10,676 bases of DNA from an uncultured bacterium (GTDB lineage: Bacteria; SAR324; NAC60-12), in NCBI GenBank assembly GCA_964010765.1, contig CAXGMD010000097.1, positions 1 to 10,676 of the forward strand, written 5' to 3'. The notes under the pieces were generated by a model. That model was given only the letters and a program-made list of their open reading frames with translations. It had not been told where the DNA came from and did no database searches. Made by a program: the position numbers and the translations under genes. Of this stretch, positions 1-7,726 are shown piece after piece (the stretch's first letter is position 1; each line of letters begins with the position of its first letter).

Positions 1-29
1 GTCAGAATATATCAATTTATGTGCTGAAG

Positions 30-58
30 TTGACAGCATACTTTCAATCTTGTACACT
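30..58 (+). promoter_or_regulatory. Putative sigma70 promoter of the proXWV operon
   Basis: Perfect -35 TTGACA (30-35), 17-bp spacer, and -10 TACACT (53-58; 4/6 match, keeping the key T, A and final T). It points toward the operon and implies a TSS near 65. Confidence 0.6.
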
Positions 59-84
59 AGTCTGCAAATGGAATTAATTGTTGC

Positions 85-100
85 ATCTCATTGATGAGAT
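85..100. promoter_or_regulatory. Palindromic operator-like site ATCTCAT-TG-ATGAGAT
   Basis: Perfect 7-bp inverted repeat with a 2-bp spacer, ~20 bp downstream of the predicted TSS, a typical repressor position. The cognate regulator is unknown. Confidence 0.4.
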
Positions 101-325
101 TCTGTACGCACACACATTAGTGAAATAAACTATATATTTTACTGATGTTATTGAAAATATTTCTGAAACTAAGTTTTGGAGAAACACTATTTTTTCCATT
201 GTGGAGGCATTCTTTTTGATCCACAACTAGCCTGCCAGAATTCACTCAATTCCGCTTGAATTCCCCTCTTTGGGAAACTCTTTGGTATCGGCTGTTTCAG
301 AACAACCTGAAATCCAGGAGAAGCT

Positions 326-1396
326 ATGTCTTTTCATTCACTTCTGCATGATTTTCATAATAAATTTCAATCAAAAATGCTGCGCGCCGTACTGACCAGT
401 GCCATCACGCTAGGTGGTGCGATGGCACTCGCCGGCACAGCTGCCGCAGGCGGTCACAGCAAATGTGGGAAAGTTAGCCTAGCGGACATGACTTGGGCCT
501 CGGCTTCGCTCATGGCTAATGTAGACGCTTTCATACTCAAGGAAGGATATGGATGCGAAGCAGAGATTGTTCCTGGTGACACTATCCCAACCTTCACTTC
601 GATGAACGAGAAGGGTAATCCGGATGTCGCCAGTGAACTATGGATCAACGCGGTACGCGAGCCATTGTTTAAAGCAATGTCTGAAGGCCGACTGCATTCA
701 GCTGTCAAAGGACCAATTACCGGACTTGGTGAAGGTTGGTGGGTGACTGAAAAGTTTGCCAAGGACCACCCGGATCTAAACACAGTAGAAAAGGTGCTGG
801 CTCGTCCAGACCTGTTCCCTTACGCTGAAGACAAGAGCAAAGGTGCTTTCATGGGCTGCCCAGCTGGTTGGGGTTGTCAGCTAACCAATGCTAATTTGTT
901 CCGGGCCTTTGGGATGGAGAAGAAAGGATGGGTTCTCGTTGATCCAGGTTCATCTGCCGGCTTGGATGGATCGATCGCTAAGGCATCTGAGAGAGGTGAA
1001 GCTTGGTTTGGCTACTATTGGTCACCAACTGCCATCATCGGCAAATACAATCTGCAAATGCTACCCTTTGAAGCTCCCTTTGCTGGATCTGACAATTGGG
1101 ACGGTTGTATGGTCAAGGCAGAGCAGGACTGTGACAATCCAAAGCCAAGTTCTTGGACAGAGTCAGAAGTTCATACAGTCGTGACTGATGAATTTAAGCA
1201 AAAGGGTGGCGTTGCACTGGACTATTTGTCCAAGCGAGTGTGGCCTGGGCCCGTGATGAATGGCATGCTAGTTTACATGACTGAGAATCAAGCCACCGGC
1301 GAAGACGCTGCAGTCGAATTTTTGGCTACCAAGGAAGACGTCTGGACCAAGTGGGTTCCAGCTGACGTTGCCAAGAAAGTAAAGTCTGCCCTCTAA
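326..1396 (+). CDS. proX: Glycine betaine/proline-type ABC transporter substrate-binding protein (OpuAC/ProX family, HisX-like subgroup)
   Basis: RBS AGGAG at 316-320. Sec-type signal peptide ending ...ALAGTAAA. Family motifs CGKVSLADMTWAS, GYGC, ELW, EGWW, GCPAGWGC and GYYWSPT. First gene before a permease and an ATPase. An alternative start is ATG 377. The symbol is family-level and the ligand is not determined. Confidence 0.9.
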   Translation: MSFHSLLHDFHNKFQSKMLRAVLTSAITLGGAMALAGTAAAGGHSKCGKVSLADMTWASASLMANVDAFILKEGYGCEAEIVPGDTIPTFTSMNEKGNPDVASELWINAVREPLFKAMSEGRLHSAVKGPITGLGEGWWVTEKFAKDHPDLNTVEKVLARPDLFPYAEDKSKGAFMGCPAGWGCQLTNANLFRAFGMEKKGWVLVDPGSSAGLDGSIAKASERGEAWFGYYWSPTAIIGKYNLQMLPFEAPFAGSDNWDGCMVKAEQDCDNPKPSSWTESEVHTVVTDEFKQKGGVALDYLSKRVWPGPVMNGMLVYMTENQATGEDAAVEFLATKEDVWTKWVPADVAKKVKSAL

Positions 1397-1398
1397 TT

Positions 1399-1451
1399 CT
1401 GAAAGATGGGGCCTACGAAAGGAATGTCCTGCCATGTAGGCCCTATTTCAG
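1399..1451 (+). other. Intercistronic stem-loop between the binding-protein and permease genes
   Basis: CTGAAA (1399-1404) pairs with TTTCAG (1446-1451), GGGCCTAC (1409-1416) pairs with GTAGGCCC (1436-1443), and there is an inner AGGA/TCCT mini-stem. No U-tract follows. Confidence 0.6.
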
Positions 1452-1463
1452 GAAAGAGAACAA

Positions 1464-2354
1464 ATGGACCTCTTCGAAGAGATGCCCTCTCTAGGGCGTC
1501 GAGACCTGATGAACCTGCGCAAAGGTATTGACGCTGGTTTCCGATCCTTTTCACGCTCCTACGGGGAAGCTCTTGAGAACTTCTTCGATCCACTTCTGCA
1601 ATTCCTGATTTTTTTTGAAAAACTGCTGATAGCTACTCCCTGGCCGATCATTCTATTGATTGTTGCTGGTCTGACCTGGCTGGGTTCTCGCAGTTGGAAG
1701 ATTGTTGTTGGCTCACTCCTTTGTTTCATGTTGATTGGCTACTTGGGTATGTGGGAAGACACAATGTCCACGGTTGCCATGATTTCTGTTGCTACTCTGA
1801 TCTGCATAAGTATTGGGATACCCATCGGAGTGTTGATGTCCCGCTCAGATCGGGTACAAGCCACAATCACTCCAGTTTTGGACGTGATGCAAACGATCCC
1901 CAGTTTTGTTTACCTGATTCCAGTTGTGATGCTGTTGGGCATTGGCAAGGTGCCAGGACTGTTGGCTGTCTGTATCTATGCTCTCCCGCCGATCATACGC
2001 TTGACCAATCTGGGAATACGTTTGGTGGATAAGCAGGTGTTGGAAGCAGCGGATGCTTTTGGTTCAAGTTATTGGCAGCGCCTCAAGGATGTACAGATCC
2101 CATTGGCGCTACCGAATATTTTCGCTGGAGTGAACCAGACGATCATGATGGCATTGGCGATGGTGGTGATTGCTTCAATGATTGGTGTTAAAGGCCTGGG
2201 TATCCCTGTTCTGCAGGCGATTTCCAATCAATATCTAGCGCTTGGACTCTTCAACGGGTTGGCAATTGTCGCCTTGGCAATTATCTTTGACCGGGTCACA
2301 CAGGCGTTTGGAAAACGGTTGCAACGTCATCAAATAGGGGGGCCCAGTGTCTGA
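1464..2354 (+). CDS. proW: Glycine betaine/proline ABC transporter permease
   Basis: Multiple TM segments, ProW motifs PVLDVMQTIPSFVYLIP and PPIIRLTNLGIR, EAA loop EAADAFGSS, and AGVNQTIMMAL. Confidence 0.95.
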   Translation: MDLFEEMPSLGRRDLMNLRKGIDAGFRSFSRSYGEALENFFDPLLQFLIFFEKLLIATPWPIILLIVAGLTWLGSRSWKIVVGSLLCFMLIGYLGMWEDTMSTVAMISVATLICISIGIPIGVLMSRSDRVQATITPVLDVMQTIPSFVYLIPVVMLLGIGKVPGLLAVCIYALPPIIRLTNLGIRLVDKQVLEAADAFGSSYWQRLKDVQIPLALPNIFAGVNQTIMMALAMVVIASMIGVKGLGIPVLQAISNQYLALGLFNGLAIVALAIIFDRVTQAFGKRLQRHQIGGPSV

Positions 2355-3393
2355 TTCAGAAGCGCTGATTCGTATTGAGCACCTCTACAAGATCTTTGGT
2401 GCGCGACCTCAGACCAAGTTGTCTTTGGTAAAGCAGGGAATCGACAAGCAAGAGTTGTTGGAAGAGCACCAGCATGTGCTGGGTCTTACTGACATCAACT
2501 TGGAAATTCCCAAGGGTAGTCTGCAGGTAGTAATGGGCCTCTCTGGATCCGGTAAATCTACGTTGATTCGTCACATCAACCGCCTGATTGAACCAACTGC
2601 TGGAGAGATCTTGGTTGGTTCAGACGACGTGTTGAAGATGGACAAGGTGCAGTTACGAGAGTTCCGACGGCATCGAACAGCGATGGTTTTTCAGCGCTTT
2701 GCACTGCTGCCGCACCGTACAGTCCTGGAGAATGTATCCTACGGGTTAGACATCCAAGGAATCGCCAAGGGAGAAGCGAACCAGCGAGCAGAACGCTGGA
2801 TTGAGCGAGTGGGACTGGCCGGATACGAGAATCACTTTCCCGCTAAACTCTCTGGAGGTATGCAACAGCGAGTTGGGTTAGCTCGGGCGCTGGCCACAGA
2901 CGCAGACATCCTGTTGATGGATGAAGCTTTCAGTGCATTGGATCCACTCATCCGCACCGACATGCAGAACATCCTGCTGGACCTGCAGGAAGAACTGCAC
3001 AAGACAATTGTCTTCATCACCCACGATCTGGACGAGGCGTTGAAGCTCGGTGACCAGATTGCGATTCTACGGGATGGAGGAATGGTTCAGCAGGGAACAG
3101 CCCAACAGATCGTGATGAAACCGGCTGACGACTACATCATGGACTTCGTTCGTGACATCAACCGGGCGCGGGTCTTACGAGTTCGTGGTGTGATGGAAAG
3201 AGCAGGCTTGCCCGAAAACGCAGATGGAGCAATTCCAGAAAATATCTCACTGGAGGACGCTCTTCCCCGTTTAGCTTCAGCAGGTCACGAAGCGGTCCCT
3301 GTGCAGAACAAACAGGGTCAGATCGTGGGAAGCATCACGGTAGAGTCTGTCATTCAAGCGATGATTCGACCAGATCATGACAACCGCAACTGA
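2347..3393 (+). CDS. proV: Glycine betaine/proline ABC transporter ATP-binding subunit
   Basis: GTG start overlapping proW by 8 bp, with a G-rich RBS upstream. Walker A GLSGSGKS, signature LSGGMQQR, Walker B/D-loop LLMDEAFSALDP, H-loop FITHD, and a short CBS-like C-terminal tail. Confidence 0.95.
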   Translation: MSDSEALIRIEHLYKIFGARPQTKLSLVKQGIDKQELLEEHQHVLGLTDINLEIPKGSLQVVMGLSGSGKSTLIRHINRLIEPTAGEILVGSDDVLKMDKVQLREFRRHRTAMVFQRFALLPHRTVLENVSYGLDIQGIAKGEANQRAERWIERVGLAGYENHFPAKLSGGMQQRVGLARALATDADILLMDEAFSALDPLIRTDMQNILLDLQEELHKTIVFITHDLDEALKLGDQIAILRDGGMVQQGTAQQIVMKPADDYIMDFVRDINRARVLRVRGVMERAGLPENADGAIPENISLEDALPRLASAGHEAVPVQNKQGQIVGSITVESVIQAMIRPDHDNRN

Positions 3394-6300
3394 TCACCCG
3401 GGTAAGCTGTCTTGCTGATTCTCTCTTCAATCAACTGCTTCCGCTGGAGAATTTCCTGCTTCAGCGGTTGCTGTTCCTCACACTCTCTCAGCACCCAATC
3501 ACAAGTCCGGAAGACTAATCCACACTTGGGCTTCTTAGGCAGTCGCTCCAGGTCTAGGTAGCGTTCCAGCATGTAAGCCCTCGGGGTGCTGCCATTCATC
3601 GTGATGTGCCAGTATTCACTTCTTCTCGCCAGCTCTGCAGTCGATTCTCCTGTTGCCAAGCGAAAATACTTCACCGCCAGATCAAGCAACTCAACTAAAT
3701 TAGCCCGAGCTGATTCCATGGAAGTGATCATGGGGACTGCTTGCTCGCGTGGCATTTCAGCAGGCGTCACCGTTGTCTCTGGTTGCTCTGATTCAGGGCA
3801 GGCCGTAACCGTATAGACCCATTCCTGTTGCGCACCAAACTCCATCACACGGACAGTGAGTTGACAGGGCCACTTGGTGCCGTCTTTTTGCAGAATGATC
3901 TGTCGACTGATAGATGGTTTTTCGTTTTTCCAGCCATCCTGCTGAAAGAAACTAGAGATGGAGCGTTGGAGAGTTTCACTCTGGGGAAATCCAGTACGCT
4001 CTCCAAAACTCTTGTTGGCGTAGAGAATTTGATCCGCACTGCTGGTGACTACTAAGGGAGTTTCCACTGTATCAAAGAGGGTGGCCATTCGGTGATGCTC
4101 CTGGCGAAGCTCAATTCGTTGTTTTTCAGATTCTTCGAGTGATTTCTGCAACCGGATTTGTTGGATCAGACCTAGTTGACTCTGTACTCGGGAGCGCAAC
4201 TCCATCGCCACTAGCGGCTTGATCAGGTAGTCATTGGCTCCAAGAGTCAACGACTTGTGCGTGGTGCGCTCCTGTTCATTGGCAGTGACAACCAGAATAG
4301 GGAGTTCTTGTGGGCTATATTCGCTGCGGACTTGGCGAATCACGGAATATCCATCCAGATCGGGCATCATCAGGTCGAGGATTAGTAAGTCTGGATCGTC
4401 TTCCGTCAAGCGCTCCAGCATACTGTTCCCATCTGCGTAGCTGGTGATCTCGAGATCCAGGAATTCCAAAAAATTATGGATGATCTCCACATTCAGTGGT
4501 TCATCGTCCACTACCACGATCCTGGCGCGGCCCTCGAATGAAACCTCCTTCTCAGACTCAGCGACTTCTTGGAAGTCATCGTCTTCCAATCTCTCCTGAG
4601 AGGCTTGGGGAGAGGCTTCCTGGCTTGGAAAACCTTCAGCCAAAGGTAGCGTGAATTGAACGCGAGTTCCTGTTCCCAATTGACTGGAGATCTGCAACTC
4701 TCCTTGGTGGAGTTCAACGATATGCCGAGACAGGCTCAACCCGAGTCCCATTCCAGAAATTGTCGCGACATTGCTACCTCGGCCATAGTCTTTGAAGATG
4801 TTGTTCAATTCGTCTTCAGGAACCCCTACTCCGGTATCTTGCACCTCGACTTGTAGGCTTGATCGAAGCAGCCGAGCTTCCAGCAGAATTTCGCCGCTTT
4901 GAGTGTACTTGACGGCATTATTGATCAGGTTGAAAAGCACCTGCTGAATCCGGTTTTCATCCACAGCCACTTTTGGCAGATTTTCCGGAATCTTTGTCTT
5001 CAGGCTCAGTTTTTTGCGTTCAATACTGGGGGCAACCAAGGGCAGCATGGTCTGAAAGATCTGCACAAAGTTTGCGGGATTGCGCTCCAGCTTCAGCTTG
5101 CCATCGCGCATGTTGGTAAAATCAGTGATGTCCCCGATCAGCTGATTCATTCTTCTGCCGCTGTTAACAGCAATCTCCAGCTTGCGTACGAACGCTTCAG
5201 CCAAGCCATCTTTTCGCTCCAGGATGCTTTCACAAAGCCCAATCATACCTGCTAGGGGAGTGCGCAGTTCGTGAGAGGTTCTGGCTAGGAAGAGATCCTT
5301 GTTGCGATTCTGAATCTCCAATTGATTGGTCAATCTGCGTAGTCGCACCTCTCGATCCTTGTAGATGATGATAGAGAGAAGCAACGGAATGACAGCGCGA
5401 TAGTCGGCATTCCAGACGTCAAAAATTGGAGGAAGTGTTCCTTCCACAGTCAGGTTTGTCAGGAGGGGAAGGGAGTAGATCATTATGAAAACGATCGCAA
5501 ATTCATGGAGATGTGGTCTTTTCTTCCAGGAAATGACCAGCACCATCACGCAGTAGAAATAAACAAGAATGAATCCGAGCACATTGAGTTGAAAGGGGTT
5601 GCTGAAGAGCTTGAGTAGTGTTTTCTGTTCAAATGCGAGAAATCCGCTCGTGAGGAAGAGGACAACTAAGGCTGTAAGAGAGTGCTGGAGATAATTCTGA
5701 AACTTGACGTGGTTGAAGCCAGTTTCTCCGACAATGATGCGGAGATAGGCAATGGAATTAATAGCAAGTTGGGCTGCAAACAATTTGAGATAAACTTCCG
5801 ATGTGAATGAGAAATCCAGCAAGAGATAGAGCTTTTTCTCCAGTAGCACCCCGAATAGTCCATTGACAATGATAACCAACAACCAAAGCTGGTTCTGGCT
5901 CCAACCAACCAGAGCTGTCAAGAGGAAGCTCAGCAGGAACAGTCCGATCACCATCCCAGTCACCAACACCCGCAACAACTGCTGGTCTTCATAAGCCTGG
6001 AGGCTCAGCAGCTCGAATCCTCGAATGACTCCACCCCATTGCTGTTTGAGCAGAATCAACACACTCCTTCCAGAGGATTCTAACTGGAAAGAATAATTCT
6101 GAGAAAAGGACATTTTAGATGGAGTCAGCACTCTAAGTTCACCGTCTTCCTTGATTAGAAATGCTTGAAACTCAATCAGGTTCAGCGTTTGGAATTCAAG
6201 GACTCTCGGGATTTTGGTGGAGGGCAAGTCGAGATGGAACCAAACGTTGCCGTGTTTCTGAGCCATCTTGTTGAAATCTTTTCTTGTCCAATCATCGAAT

Positions 6301-6476
6301 GAGTCGAGTTGTTGGAGGATTTCTTGAGGCTGAGAAAGTTGCTCTCGCTCCAGATAGTATTTGGCTGAGAGGGTTGTTGAGTCTTGTTCCCTCAAGTTCT
6401 GGCAGGAACCCAGAAAGAGTCCGCTCAGCACTAGGAACAATGGAATGTGCAGCAGTCTAAAAAGCCCAAGTGACAT
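3375..6476 (-). CDS. Membrane-bound hybrid sensor histidine kinase: 7TMR-DISM-like input, HisKA, HATPase_c, REC, PAS and a ChiS-like C-terminal DNA-binding domain
   Basis: N-terminal hydrophobic signal ending LGSC. Extracellular segment with VWFHLDLP, then about 7 TM helices. H-box FLARTSHELRTPL (His402, codon 5271-5273), N-box NLINNAVKYT, G1 DTGVG, G2 GMGLGL. REC VVDD...LILDLMMP (Asp701)...VVTA...IKP. PAS-like LFDTVETPLVVT...ILYANKSF. C-terminal ATGESTAELARRSEYW...LERYLDLERLPKKPK. Kinase and REC calls are firm; the DISM and DNA-binding calls are by-eye homology. Confidence 0.92.
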   Translation of the reverse strand: MSLGLFRLLHIPLFLVLSGLFLGSCQNLREQDSTTLSAKYYLEREQLSQPQEILQQLDSFDDWTRKDFNKMAQKHGNVWFHLDLPSTKIPRVLEFQTLNLIEFQAFLIKEDGELRVLTPSKMSFSQNYSFQLESSGRSVLILLKQQWGGVIRGFELLSLQAYEDQQLLRVLVTGMVIGLFLLSFLLTALVGWSQNQLWLLVIIVNGLFGVLLEKKLYLLLDFSFTSEVYLKLFAAQLAINSIAYLRIIVGETGFNHVKFQNYLQHSLTALVVLFLTSGFLAFEQKTLLKLFSNPFQLNVLGFILVYFYCVMVLVISWKKRPHLHEFAIVFIMIYSLPLLTNLTVEGTLPPIFDVWNADYRAVIPLLLSIIIYKDREVRLRRLTNQLEIQNRNKDLFLARTSHELRTPLAGMIGLCESILERKDGLAEAFVRKLEIAVNSGRRMNQLIGDITDFTNMRDGKLKLERNPANFVQIFQTMLPLVAPSIERKKLSLKTKIPENLPKVAVDENRIQQVLFNLINNAVKYTQSGEILLEARLLRSSLQVEVQDTGVGVPEDELNNIFKDYGRGSNVATISGMGLGLSLSRHIVELHQGELQISSQLGTGTRVQFTLPLAEGFPSQEASPQASQERLEDDDFQEVAESEKEVSFEGRARIVVVDDEPLNVEIIHNFLEFLDLEITSYADGNSMLERLTEDDPDLLILDLMMPDLDGYSVIRQVRSEYSPQELPILVVTANEQERTTHKSLTLGANDYLIKPLVAMELRSRVQSQLGLIQQIRLQKSLEESEKQRIELRQEHHRMATLFDTVETPLVVTSSADQILYANKSFGERTGFPQSETLQRSISSFFQQDGWKNEKPSISRQIILQKDGTKWPCQLTVRVMEFGAQQEWVYTVTACPESEQPETTVTPAEMPREQAVPMITSMESARANLVELLDLAVKYFRLATGESTAELARRSEYWHITMNGSTPRAYMLERYLDLERLPKKPKCGLVFRTCDWVLRECEEQQPLKQEILQRKQLIEERISKTAYPGDQLRLS

Positions 6477-6550
6477 GGTTTCTTTTGAAAAATGTCTGAC
6501 GATTTTGTGAAACAGCCCCCTAGTTTCTATCAGATGAGTTGTTGTTGCAC

Positions 6551-6590
6551 AACGTTCTCCAAAATTCTCCGTTATTCTCCGTTATTCTCC
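6551..6590. repeat. Four tandem 10-bp units ending in TTCTCC (AACG/AAAA/GTTA/GTTA-TTCTCC)
   Basis: TTCTCC at 6555, 6565, 6575 and 6585, an exact 10-bp period. The last two units are identical (GTTATTCTCC). It lies 75-115 bp upstream of the kinase start. Confidence 0.9.
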
Positions 6591-6667
6591 TTGAGAAAAG
6601 TCAGAGTGTTACTAGATTCTGCAATCAGTCAATTATTTTAGATCTGAAAGAGTGATTGTGCTCTATG

Positions 6668-6700
6668 GATCTTAAGATCTCGAAACGATTGTTTAACAAT
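6668..6700. promoter_or_regulatory. Two adjacent palindromes in the divergent promoter region
   Basis: GATCTTAAGATC (6668-6679, perfect 12-mer) and ATTGTT-T-AACAAT (6688-6700), about midway between the divergent starts at 6476 and 6886. Confidence 0.35.
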
Positions 6701-6885
6701 GTTTGGAGTTGTTGTGTCTCAGACAGACGAGCGTAGATTGGACTTGGAAGACGAGGCAGAGTGGTCTGATCGGAATCCTTTTTGGTATTTGGCGGTAGGT
6801 GGCAGTGTACTGGTCGCTGCCTTTCTCCTATGGTTACTGCTCTAGGGTTAGCAGCACCAGAACTTTTTCAACCATTGACAGAAAA

Positions 6886-7701
6886 ATGAAACCAACGAAA
6901 AAATTTCTTGTCGTGGATGACAATGAATGGATTCTCGAAACAATGTACGAGTTGCTGATTCCAACTGAGCAGGCTGCTGCACCTAAGTTTGAGGAGATGG
7001 CCAGCAGTCTGTTCAACAACCCAGCAGTAACTCAGCTTGCAGCCCAGCGGGAGGATAAGCGGGAAATCACTGGTGCAACAACCGGCGAGGATGCTCTGGA
7101 GCAAGCTGAGCGTGCATTAGAATTGGGGGAGCCGTATTTGATCGCTTTTGTTGATTTGAACCTTGAGCGAAACCTGAATGGGGTCGATGTAGCCATTCGT
7201 TTACGACAACTGGATCCCAAGATTCAGATTGTCATCATTACGGCGTACTTTGATCGTAGGGATGAAGATCAGCTTCACCGTGAGCTGGGTACCGGAAACT
7301 TTCACTTCCTCCGCAAGCCCTTCAAGATGGCAGCAATGAAAAAATTAGTAGATGAACTCTGCCATCATCCGTCTGTTGATGAACATCAGACGCCTCAATC
7401 AATAGAGCTCTCCCACCTAGATGCTGTCGTTGAACCGCTAAACCTCTCTGAGGAGCTCAATAGAGTCCTCAGTCAGTACGGTATTCGGTCCGTTCGTTTT
7501 GTCGTGTCTGATCAACGAATCGTGCAGCAAACACTCACCTATCCAAATCATCAACACAGCCTGGTGACAGATATCCCCTGGGTTGAGGATTGTTCTTTCG
7601 GGGATCTAGAGGATGCCCGCAAAGCCTGTCACCAGGTGATTCTGCAGAAGAGTCTGGAGCGCTTGAATAAAAGTCCTGGTACTCAATGGGCGTCCTCTTG
7701 A
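6886..7701 (+). CDS. Response regulator: receiver domain with an internal insertion plus an uncharacterised C-terminal region
   Basis: FLVVDDN, AFVD (phosphoacceptor), IITAY and LRKPF are all conserved. There are ~30 extra residues after helix 1 and a ~110-aa C-terminal region with no recognisable output domain. Start moved from GTG 6799 to ATG 6886 because the receiver begins right after MKPTKK. Confidence 0.85.
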   Translation: MKPTKKFLVVDDNEWILETMYELLIPTEQAAAPKFEEMASSLFNNPAVTQLAAQREDKREITGATTGEDALEQAERALELGEPYLIAFVDLNLERNLNGVDVAIRLRQLDPKIQIVIITAYFDRRDEDQLHRELGTGNFHFLRKPFKMAAMKKLVDELCHHPSVDEHQTPQSIELSHLDAVVEPLNLSEELNRVLSQYGIRSVRFVVSDQRIVQQTLTYPNHQHSLVTDIPWVEDCSFGDLEDARKACHQVILQKSLERLNKSPGTQWASS

Positions 7702-7726
7702 TGATTCAACGCTATGAAAGCTCTTC

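Noticed and set aside
454..5908. Short alternative-frame and antisense ORFs within proXWV and the kinase (e.g. 454-783, 888-1184, 1694-2032, 4899-5255, 5666-5908)
   Set aside because: They are nested in well-supported genes and have no recognisable motifs, so they are shadow ORFs.
3375..6476. Assigning the gene symbol chiS
   Set aside because: The input region is 7TM-type rather than ChiS-like and there are no chitin-utilisation genes in the window. Only the cytoplasmic architecture resembles ChiS.
6799..6885. N-terminal extension of the response regulator from GTG 6799
   Set aside because: The 29 extra residues are not domain-like and the receiver starts right after ATG 6886.
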